Assembly (NCBI GenBank): GCA_910586585.1
Contig: CAJUKA010000016.1
Coordinates: forward strand, 1,931 to 65,930
Reading direction: 5' to 3'
DNA length: 64,000 nucleotides
Source: an uncultured Lachnospiraceae bacterium
Lineage (GTDB): Bacteria; Bacillota; Clostridia; Lachnospirales; Lachnospiraceae
The notes beneath the pieces are model-generated. The model was given only the letters and a program-made list of their open reading frames with translations, ran no database searches and was not told the origin of the DNA. Shown one piece after another: positions 9,804-18,018 of this stretch. Numbering within the stretch: position 1 is the stretch's first letter; each line of letters starts with the position of its first letter. The position numbers and the translations under genes were made by a program.

Positions 9804-11684
9804 TTAACGGAAAGCTTCTTTTTTCATTTCTTTCTCTAACCACTGTTCAAAATTGCCATCTGGGTTTGATTGGTAATATGCATGCTTCATATTTGTGTAA
9901 TCAGCCTGCGTGTATGAATGGCTACTCCCTAATACAGACAAAAAAACATTGTATGCTTTCAGATAATATGATATTGCGTTTTTATATTGCTTCTGTTTTA
10001 GGTATAAATCTGCCAAATTATTGTACGTTATTGCTGTATCTGGATGTGTTTCTCCCAATACCTCTTTTCTAATTTTCAAGCTTTTTTCATACAGCTCTTC
10101 CGCTTTGTTATATTTTCCCTGTTTTTGATAAACATAAGCCAAATTATTGTACGTTATTGCTGTATCTGGATGTGTTTCTCCCAATACCTCTTTTCTAATT
10201 TTCAGGCTTTTTTCATACAGCTCTTCCGCTTTGTTATATTTTCCCTGTCTTTGATAAACATAAGCCAGATTATTATAATTTGTCGCTGTATCTGGGTGCT
10301 CTTCTCCTAATACTTCTTTACTGATTTGCAAGCTCTTTTGAACTAATTGTTTTGCTTTGTTATATTTTCCCTGTTTTTGATATATATAAGCCAGATTATT
10401 ATAACTTGTCACTATATCTGGATGCTGATCTCCCAGTATTTTTCTCCTTACCTGTAAACTCTTTTGATATAGTTCTTCTGCTTTTTGATAGTTTCCCTGA
10501 TTTTCATATATACCCGCCAGATTATTATAACTTATCGCTGTATCTATATGATTTTCTCCTAATACTTCTTTACTGATTTGCAAACTCTTTTGATACAGTT
10601 CTTCTGCCTTGTTGTATTTTCCCTGTTCCTTATATACATAAGCCAGATTGTTATATATTGTCGCTGTATTGGGATGCTCTTCTCCTAATATCTCTTTACT
10701 GATTTGCAAACTCTTTTGGTACAGTTCTTCTGCCTTGTTGTATTTTCCCTGTTCTTGATATACATAAGCCAGATTATTATATATTGTCGCTGTATTGGGA
10801 TGCTCTTCTCCTAATATCTCTTTACTGATTTGCAAACTCTTTTGGTACAGTTCTTCTGCCTTGTTGTATTTTCCCTGTTCTTGATATACATAAGCCAGAT
10901 TATTATATATTAACACTGTATCTGGATGCTCTTCTTCCAGTATTTTTTTCCTTATCTGTAAACTCTCTTGATATAATAATTCCGCTTCTTTGTATTTTCC
11001 CTGGTATTTATATACATCTGCAAGCAATTGCTGGACTCCTGCTATTTCCAGATGCTGCGGACCAAGTAAATTCTCTTTAATTTCCTGTGCTTTTTGTAAC
11101 AGCCTCACACTTTCATTATAGTGTGCTTTGTCCTGTTCCTCTTTTGCCTGTTCTATGAAATCATATGCCTCTGCAAACTTTTGCTTTGCTTCCTCTGGTT
11201 TCCACTTTTTTTCTTTTGACAGTTTTTCTGTTACAGACAACAATTCTTTTTCCTTTTCTTCTGTCTCGTCATTATGAAAGATAATTCGAAGCTTCACAAA
11301 AGAATAAAAATCATATGCCTTCGTAGCGAGTCTGTCATCCCCATACGGCGTAACAAAAAAAATAAAATTTTTTCCAAGCCCCTCCAACATATCCCTGCTG
11401 AAATTCAAACGCTTCAGACCATCTTCATTCTGTATTGCAAGATGAAAATTGACAACCATAAAAATCTGCGTTTCAGGTTCTCTGTCTGCCCACTCCTGCA
11501 AATCACGAAAAGAATATGCTCCTGGGTGCCGTTTATAATCATAAACCTTGACTGCTCCTCTTCTGTAAATATCAACAATTTCTTTTTGTGTGTCTTCATC
11601 AGCTACGACTAAATACAATCCCTGTTCTGATTTATTGATAATCCAACCTAAGGTCTGGTATCCTTCCTGATCATGCTCCCGCAT
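9804..11684 (-). CDS. TPR protein: N-terminal alpha/beta domain plus nine 42-aa kinesin-light-chain-type TPRs
   Basis: Repeat unit HPxTAxxYNNLAxVYxxQGKYNKAEELYxKSLxIxKExLGE. Confidence 0.9.
   Translation of the reverse strand: MREHDQEGYQTLGWIINKSEQGLYLVVADEDTQKEIVDIYRRGAVKVYDYKRHPGAYSFRDLQEWADREPETQIFMVVNFHLAIQNEDGLKRLNFSRDMLEGLGKNFIFFVTPYGDDRLATKAYDFYSFVKLRIIFHNDETEEKEKELLSVTEKLSKEKKWKPEEAKQKFAEAYDFIEQAKEEQDKAHYNESVRLLQKAQEIKENLLGPQHLEIAGVQQLLADVYKYQGKYKEAELLYQESLQIRKKILEEEHPDTVLIYNNLAYVYQEQGKYNKAEELYQKSLQISKEILGEEHPNTATIYNNLAYVYQEQGKYNKAEELYQKSLQISKEILGEEHPNTATIYNNLAYVYKEQGKYNKAEELYQKSLQISKEVLGENHIDTAISYNNLAGIYENQGNYQKAEELYQKSLQVRRKILGDQHPDIVTSYNNLAYIYQKQGKYNKAKQLVQKSLQISKEVLGEEHPDTATNYNNLAYVYQRQGKYNKAEELYEKSLKIRKEVLGETHPDTAITYNNLAYVYQKQGKYNKAEELYEKSLKIRKEVLGETHPDTAITYNNLADLYLKQKQYKNAISYYLKAYNVFLSVLGSSHSYTQADYTNMKHAYYQSNPDGNFEQWLEKEMKKEAFR
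9900..11070 (-). repeat. 126-bp coding tandem repeats with near-identical adjacent units
   Basis: Units around 10015-10270 and 10570-10910 are almost identical at DNA level. Confidence 0.85.
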
Positions 11685-11685
11685 A

Positions 11686-12984
11686 TCAAACCATCCCCTG
11701 TTCCTTAAAAAATTTCATCACCAAAGGATGAACATTGTGCCATCGCTTCCCATTGTATTCCAACACCACAGATGCCTGCAGCATCTTCAGCAGCATTTCC
11801 TTGTTTTCTATCCGCTCTTTATTTTCATGGTAAATCTTCAACAGAAAATCATAGTCCTTCTCCTCGATTCGTCTTGTTAAAGAAGTCTTCACCTCCTCAA
11901 GCGCGCGTTCCGCATCCTCCATAGAAATCACTGCGCTGTTTCTGCGCTTTGCTCTATTTGCAGAGGTATTAATCACATGAAATAAATCTCTCAGAGATCC
12001 TCCCGTGTACTGAATCAGCATTTCCAAAACACCTGTCTCAAATAGGGACAAATCCGCACGTTTTTCCACGATTTCACGAATTATATCAATCCCCTCTTGA
12101 AAAGGTTGATTATCGATTGTTTCAATTTTAATCATTGGCAGTGTTTTCGTTATGAAATAGCTTTCCATAGCAGAGAACCGTGTATCATACGAAAGTCCGA
12201 TTGGAAATGTATAGATTACTGGAAACCGCATTCCAGATAAAATTGCTGCATAATTATAAAACACAGTCCATGCATCTTCCGGATTGAGTTTGTCAAGATC
12301 TTCAAAAATTACAATTGGACGCTTTCCTTCTGCTTTTTTTGCAATTTCTTCTGCTACCTTCCCCAATATTCCAATCCATTCGCTGGAACGAATGCTTATT
12401 TTTCTGCGATATTCTTTTCTGATTTCTTCATTATATTTTAAATCTGCTTTTATTTTTGTGTAAAGATTCAAAATACCTGCAAGAATCCCTTTGGTTTCGA
12501 CAGATACACCTGTTTCAATAGAAGCCGACGCTGTTTCCTGCGCCATTCTAATTTCTGTGCCTTCCTCCCAAAAACTTTGAATATTTTTCAGAAGCTCATT
12601 TTCAATTTCACACCCTGCTTCCTGGGCAATTTCCAGCAGTGCTTCTCCCAGTAGTATAAAGAGATCTGAATGCACAATATTAAATAAATCTAAGTCTGTA
12701 CTGCAATGAATTATCTTCACAGAATATCCCTCCGCCACAAGCTTTTGTGACATTCTGTTCAGCTCTGTGCTCTTTCCGCAGCCTCTATGTCCCAACAGCA
12801 GACAGGCACTGCATTCTTCGGAATTCTGACAAATATCAAAAATATCTTCAATAGGAGAATTGTATTTATCGCTTGTACGATATTCCATTGTATCCTCACA
12901 GTAAAACTCTACCATCTGTTCTGATCGTAATGGCGCTGGTGAAAAAGCATTAATGATTTCTGAAATCTGATTTGCATATTTCAT
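11686..12984 (-). CDS. P-loop ATPase (AAA+/STAND/KAP-like)
   Basis: Walker A GHRGCGKST, Walker B IVIFEDLDK, GGSLRDL, C-terminal EYNGKRWHNVHPLV. AAAGGAGG RBS before ATG 12984. Confidence 0.85.
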   Translation of the reverse strand: MKYANQISEIINAFSPAPLRSEQMVEFYCEDTMEYRTSDKYNSPIEDIFDICQNSEECSACLLLGHRGCGKSTELNRMSQKLVAEGYSVKIIHCSTDLDLFNIVHSDLFILLGEALLEIAQEAGCEIENELLKNIQSFWEEGTEIRMAQETASASIETGVSVETKGILAGILNLYTKIKADLKYNEEIRKEYRRKISIRSSEWIGILGKVAEEIAKKAEGKRPIVIFEDLDKLNPEDAWTVFYNYAAILSGMRFPVIYTFPIGLSYDTRFSAMESYFITKTLPMIKIETIDNQPFQEGIDIIREIVEKRADLSLFETGVLEMLIQYTGGSLRDLFHVINTSANRAKRRNSAVISMEDAERALEEVKTSLTRRIEEKDYDFLLKIYHENKERIENKEMLLKMLQASVVLEYNGKRWHNVHPLVMKFFKEQGMV

Positions 12985-13209
12985 TAAAATACCTCCTTTT
13001 AAATCGCTGTGCAACAGCATTATCGCAGCCACAAGTAGTCCCAGTAATAGGACTGCCAAAATGGTTCCAATTGTCGCAAGAATATTCAGTATCAACACAG
13101 TCTTTCAACTCATCCTCTGTCTATTTTTTGTGTATCATATAACTTAATGAAACAACAATCAAGTATGAATCATTCAGGCAACGCACGCATTCCTTTGACA
13201 GTACCAAAG

Positions 13210-13890
13210 TCAGAATGTATATATATTAGGGATGTTTGATGTCTTATAATATTTGTATACATTTTCACTAGAATAGGTGCTCCACTCTGCATTTGTAAAG
13301 GTCACTATGGCAGTTTCCCCTTCTAAGGTTATGGTTCCTTCAAGGATTTGACCATTAGGCGCTGTCGCTGAAAACATGATTCCGTCGTCATCAGCTATTC
13401 CTTTCCCATCATCAAGTGATACTAACCGGAAAATACCAATCTGAATCCAATATGTTCCATCTTCATTTTTTTGAATCTCAAGGCTTGGTTCATCCATATC
13501 AAAACTGTTGTATTCCCCTACAAACAAATCCTCTTTCATATCTTGAGTTAATTGCGTCTGCATAGTTTGTGTTGATTCCGCTGTATTGTTTTCAACTGTT
13601 GTTTCTGTTTGAGGTAATTCTGCTATTTCCTGACTATTGTTCACAGGACTGCTGCCTTGCTCAATTTCTTCTGTCAATAATTCTTCGCTCGCAGAATTGC
13701 TTAGTTCCTCTGATATCTTTTCCGTCCCTGTCATCGGCATCTCAAGTTTTTGGCCTACCGCTTCAAAAGGTATTTGCTGTAGTTCATCCTCATCAATTTT
13801 TCCCGTACAAGCACCCAAAAATAATGGTATTATCATTGCAACCAGCAATATGCACTTTTCTTTCATATCAATTCTACTATTCCTGCTCAT
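13210..13890 (-). CDS. Hypothetical lipoprotein
   Basis: Lipobox FLGAC, acidic S/T/E linker and small C-terminal domain; start codon uncertain. Confidence 0.7.
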   Translation of the reverse strand: MSRNSRIDMKEKCILLVAMIIPLFLGACTGKIDEDELQQIPFEAVGQKLEMPMTGTEKISEELSNSASEELLTEEIEQGSSPVNNSQEIAELPQTETTVENNTAESTQTMQTQLTQDMKEDLFVGEYNSFDMDEPSLEIQKNEDGTYWIQIGIFRLVSLDDGKGIADDDGIMFSATAPNGQILEGTITLEGETAIVTFTNAEWSTYSSENVYKYYKTSNIPNIYTF

Positions 13891-13966
13891 GTACAAATCC
13901 CCACTCGACAAATCCATTTATCAGCATACTGACACTGCCTTGATAAACTCTGGAAAGCTCTTTCAT
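13877..13966 (-). pseudogene. 29-aa remnant of a BlaI/MecI/CopY repressor
   Basis: GGAGG RBS; MKELSRVYQGSVSMLINGFVEWGFVHEQE resembles the BlaI C-terminal segment; operator-like palindromes lie upstream. Confidence 0.5.
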
Positions 13967-14004
13967 CCAGTACCTCCATCGTCCCCAAGTTGGAATGTCG
14001 TTTC

Positions 14005-14067
14005 TGTTTATATTGTAAACATATGCTGCAAAACACATATTACCATTTTTTGTCTACAATGTAAACA
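14005..14067. promoter_or_regulatory. Two 17-bp BlaI-type palindromic operators
   Basis: TGTTTATATTGTAAACA (14005-14021) and TGTCTACAATGTAAACA (14051-14067); TACA/TGTA half-sites as in BlaI/MecI/CopY boxes. Confidence 0.55.
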
Positions 14068-14074
14068 TTTTCTG

Positions 14075-14533
14075 CTATAGGAAAATATGAAGTTTTTCCA
14101 TTCGACGTAAATATTCATGCCGCAAAAGACGTAATAATATAAAATCATAGTACTTATCACGACAATAAAATCCTTGTTCCTGCACGCCTTCCAGCTTATA
14201 GCCTGCTTTTTTGAAAAGTGCAATAGCAGGTTTGTTAAAATCAATAATTTTCACAGCAATCCGCTGATAAAAAAGCGCTTCAAAAACATACTGTTCCAAA
14301 AGCTCCAATGCCTCCAATGCATATCCTTCTCTGCGATTTTCTTCTTTCGAAATAATAATCTGAACACCTGTATTGTTCCATTCAGGATGGCAGTGTACCA
14401 TCCCAATAAATCCAATATTGACTTGATTTTTCTTTTCTGTGATAGAATACCATTGGCTCACATGATTAGCCTGTTCGTATATTGGAATTTGATATAAAAC
14501 GAGCCTTTTGGATTCTAAAAAAATGTGCTGCAT
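14075..14533 (-). CDS. GNAT N-acetyltransferase (RimJ/RimL-like)
   Basis: RREGYALEAL acetyl-CoA motif; FNKPAIALFKKAGYKLEG. Confidence 0.85.
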   Translation of the reverse strand: MQHIFLESKRLVLYQIPIYEQANHVSQWYSITEKKNQVNIGFIGMVHCHPEWNNTGVQIIISKEENRREGYALEALELLEQYVFEALFYQRIAVKIIDFNKPAIALFKKAGYKLEGVQEQGFYCRDKYYDFILLRLLRHEYLRRMEKLHIFL

Positions 14534-14535
14534 TT

Positions 14536-16218
14536 CTATCCCCCCACATGGATTATCACATCTGCTGCTGCAATACTGCTTGGCCTATGCGCAATCATAA
14601 GAATCGTACAGCCACCCTTTAAACCTTTTATTGCTTCCTGTATAAGTGATTCCGATTCATTATCGAGCGCAGACGTAGCTTCATCAAGAATAATAACAGG
14701 TGCATTTCTAATAATTGCCCGCGCGATCGCAATACGCTGCCTTTCGCCGCCTGACAAGGTATTTCCACGCTCCCCCAATACAGTATCGTACCCATCAGGC
14801 AGCCTTGTAATAAAAGAATGCGCATTTGCTGCTTTTGCTGCAGCTATAACCTCGTCGCGGCCTGCTGTACATCTGCCATAAGATATATTTTCTGCAATTG
14901 TTGTTTCATACAAATATGGTTCCTGTGGTACATAAGCGATTTGCTCTCTGATTTCCTTTAACGTAAGATCTGAATACGCTCTGCCATCTATGGTTATGTT
15001 TCCTTCTTCTAATGGATAGAATCCCAGCAAAAGTTTCGCAAGGGTGCTCTTTCCGCAGCCGGACTCTCCTACGATAGCCGCAAAACTTCCTTTTTTTATT
15101 TCCATCGAAAAGTTATCCAAAATTTTTCTGTTTGCATCATATGCAAAGCCTGCCTTTTGCATGGATAGTATCACATCCTTTTGTGCAGCAGCTTCCCCAA
15201 CCATTTGCTTCCTTGTCTCCAATTTCCATTGTTTGGGTTCTTCTTCCAAATCCAAAAATTCAAATATCTTCTCTGCATTGGCAATACAGTTCATCATTTG
15301 AGGCAAATACTGCCCTATTTCCAGAAAAACATTGCGAAATGAACCATATAATGTATAAAGTGCGGTCAATTCTCCAAGATTAATTCTTCCGATTGACACA
15401 AACCAGATTCCAAGTCCCAAAAAGGCCAATGCGCCTATTAAATCAAACATGCAATTAAGGCATTCCAGCCCTGCTGACAAACGGTTTGCGCCTTTTTGAA
15501 TACGAAAATATTCTTTGTTTGCATCTGTATATTCTCTTGATAACTTTGATCCAACTGGAAAAATCTTGACAAGTTCCATACCTGACAAAATATCTGTCAG
15601 CTTTTCAAGCACTCTGCTGTTTTCGTCCGAAAGGCGCTTCCCTGCCATTTTCATAGGATCGGCAAAAAGATTGTTACCTGCAAAAGTAAGCAGGCTGACA
15701 GCAAACAGACAAAGCGTAAGTTCCCAACTAAAATAAAACATTGGAATCAGATACAAAACTGTAGAAATAATCGCCGCTAACAATCTGCGAAGCCTTGATG
15801 TATAAATATCGGATGCTTTTTGGGTATCATAAATCAATTTTGACATAAAATCACTACTGTGATTTTTTTCATAATAGGACATTGGCAGACGCATTGCTTT
15901 TGAAAACACCAGCTTTTCCACCTTCCCTGTACCAGTTTTTGCCTCAATGTTATAATGTATTATTCCGAAGCGCCATAAAAGCAGTCCAATCACAAATACC
16001 GTAAAATTGCCAACCACAAGAACAAGAATATTTTCTGTGCTGCCACTTTGTGCCGCTGTTATAATATTCTTGATTAAGTAGGAATTTGCTATCTTTCGTC
16101 CCACATCCCCTATGGTAGAAATCAAAATAGCGCTTAAATAGATAGGAAGCCGATTTCCCATAAGACCCAAGAAACGAAAAAGCGTTTTTTGTTTAACCTT
16201 TTGCATACATTTGTGCAT
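14536..16218 (-). CDS. ABC exporter, fused permease/ATPase (subunit 2)
   Basis: TM domain; GESGCGKS; LSGGERQR; ILDEATS. Confidence 0.92.
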   Translation of the reverse strand: MHKCMQKVKQKTLFRFLGLMGNRLPIYLSAILISTIGDVGRKIANSYLIKNIITAAQSGSTENILVLVVGNFTVFVIGLLLWRFGIIHYNIEAKTGTGKVEKLVFSKAMRLPMSYYEKNHSSDFMSKLIYDTQKASDIYTSRLRRLLAAIISTVLYLIPMFYFSWELTLCLFAVSLLTFAGNNLFADPMKMAGKRLSDENSRVLEKLTDILSGMELVKIFPVGSKLSREYTDANKEYFRIQKGANRLSAGLECLNCMFDLIGALAFLGLGIWFVSIGRINLGELTALYTLYGSFRNVFLEIGQYLPQMMNCIANAEKIFEFLDLEEEPKQWKLETRKQMVGEAAAQKDVILSMQKAGFAYDANRKILDNFSMEIKKGSFAAIVGESGCGKSTLAKLLLGFYPLEEGNITIDGRAYSDLTLKEIREQIAYVPQEPYLYETTIAENISYGRCTAGRDEVIAAAKAANAHSFITRLPDGYDTVLGERGNTLSGGERQRIAIARAIIRNAPVIILDEATSALDNESESLIQEAIKGLKGGCTILMIAHRPSSIAAADVIIHVGG

Positions 16219-17896
16219 AAATCCCTCTTTTTCCCAGAAGCTCTTCATGATTTCCTGCTTCTGCAATTTTACCGCCGCTAACTACATAAATTTTTTTGGC
16301 ATTTTTTATCGTAGAAAGTCTATGTGCAATGATAATCACGGTTCTTCCTATTGCGATTCTATCAATAGCTTCCTGTATTTTCTGCTCTGCGGCAACATCT
16401 ACGGAAGCAGTTGGTTCGTCCAGCAGAAGAATTGGCGCATTCTTCAAAAAAGCTCTCGCAATCGAAATTCTCTGTCTCTGCCCTCCAGAGAGGAGCACGC
16501 CGCGTTCACCAACTAAAGTTTCATACCCTTGAGGCAGTTCCATAATAAAATCATGAATATTTGCATTTTTACAAGCCTCCACAATCTCTTTCTCTGTAGC
16601 ATTTTCCTTTCCACATGCTACATTCTGTCGAATTGTTCCAGGAAACAAAAAGATATTTTGTGATACTTGTGAAAAACACTTTCTTGCCGCTTCCAAATTC
16701 CAGTCCGCAAAGGAGTTCCCAAAAAGCCTGTACTGTCCTCCTCCTATTTCATAAAATCCGCATAGCAGCTTAAAAATCGTTGTCTTTCCCTCTCCTGAGC
16801 CTCCCACAAAAGCTGTCTGCTCTCCTGTTTCAATAGAAAAGCTCATTTTGTTTAAAACCGTGTGCTCTTGGCAGTCATCATAGCTAAATTCGACATCCTT
16901 CCACTCAATAGCCGGATTTGTTATATTGTTTTCAATCATTCTATGTACACTGCCGCCCGTTCTCTCTTCTGACTGACAATAAAGCTCTTGTATCCTCTTC
17001 AAGGAAACACCCACTTCACGGATATCATTTGCGCAAAACACAACATCACCAATTGGATACAAAATTCTGCTGAGTATCACTGTAAACGAAAGCATTTCAC
17101 CAACAGTAATCCTGCCCAGCCTTGTTTCATACAGTGCAAAAAGATAACAAAAGATAACAGGAATAGTCGTAATCACGTTTTTTAGTACCCATCCAAGAGA
17201 AGAAATCCGTGTGCTTTTACATCCTTGCGCTACCATTTTGTCAATCACCATATCAATTTTCTGTTTATGAACTTCGTATAGATTATAACTTCTGCCAACT
17301 ACGATACCCTGAATCGCATCATAAGCCTTTTCTGTGCGCTCATCCATATGAACCCGCAGCTTTTTTGTCAACTCTGCCAGTTTTTTTGACAGCTTATCTG
17401 CTACCACCAGCATAATCGGATAGCTCGCAAACAGCACGGCAATCAGTCGTGCATCCATTTGAATCAAATACACCGTCGCCGTTGTCACTGTAATGATATT
17501 TACTAGAAATCCCGGAAGAATTTCTGAAAAAAACCTCCTCATTTCCTCCATATCGGATATCAACCTTGTAATAATGCTTCCTGTTCCTTTTTCATCAGAA
17601 TAAGCAAATGGAAGCCGCATCAAATGCTTCCCTAATGAGATACGAACATCCCTCTGTACCTTAGCACTATAATGGCTCCCGCAGATACCTTTTAAATATG
17701 CAACTGCCGTTCCTAGAACAATCATACAAAATAACGGCATCATAAACCTTGAAAAATACACCTGTCTGCCTGAAAGCATCAAATCAACAGATTCTGCAAT
17801 CAAATCATTTCCAAGAATCACAATTTCATTTAGCACAAATGAAAATAAAATAAACAGCAATAACATATACCCATTACGCAAACTCGCTTTTAACAT
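16193..17896 (-). CDS. ABC exporter, fused permease/ATPase (subunit 1)
   Basis: TM domain; GGSGEGKT; LSGGQRQR; LLDEPTA. Confidence 0.92.
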   Translation of the reverse strand: MLKASLRNGYMLLLFILFSFVLNEIVILGNDLIAESVDLMLSGRQVYFSRFMMPLFCMIVLGTAVAYLKGICGSHYSAKVQRDVRISLGKHLMRLPFAYSDEKGTGSIITRLISDMEEMRRFFSEILPGFLVNIITVTTATVYLIQMDARLIAVLFASYPIMLVVADKLSKKLAELTKKLRVHMDERTEKAYDAIQGIVVGRSYNLYEVHKQKIDMVIDKMVAQGCKSTRISSLGWVLKNVITTIPVIFCYLFALYETRLGRITVGEMLSFTVILSRILYPIGDVVFCANDIREVGVSLKRIQELYCQSEERTGGSVHRMIENNITNPAIEWKDVEFSYDDCQEHTVLNKMSFSIETGEQTAFVGGSGEGKTTIFKLLCGFYEIGGGQYRLFGNSFADWNLEAARKCFSQVSQNIFLFPGTIRQNVACGKENATEKEIVEACKNANIHDFIMELPQGYETLVGERGVLLSGGQRQRISIARAFLKNAPILLLDEPTASVDVAAEQKIQEAIDRIAIGRTVIIIAHRLSTIKNAKKIYVVSGGKIAEAGNHEELLGKRGIYAQMYAKG

Positions 17897-17931
17897 GCAG
17901 CTCTCCCCCCTAAATATAAATTCTGTACTTT

Positions 17932-18018
17932 TGCAGATTGAGCGCGTTGGCGCTCAATCTTTTACCTTATAGGAAATTGCGAATGCAGATTGAGCGCGCT
18001 GGCGCTCAATCTTTTACC
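17932..18018. repeat. Two 35-bp direct repeats, each containing a perfect 11-bp hairpin
   Basis: TGCAGATTGAGCGCG(T/C)TGGCGCTCAATCTTTTACC at 17932-17966 and 17984-18018, separated by 17 bp. Confidence 0.9.

Noticed and set aside
9900..11070. CRISPR-like periodic repeats
   Set aside because: The period is 126 bp, in frame, and encodes TPRs; there are no unique spacers or cas genes.
17932..18018. Mini CRISPR array (35-bp palindromic repeats)
   Set aside because: Only two repeats, the 17-bp spacer is too short, and no cas genes are present.
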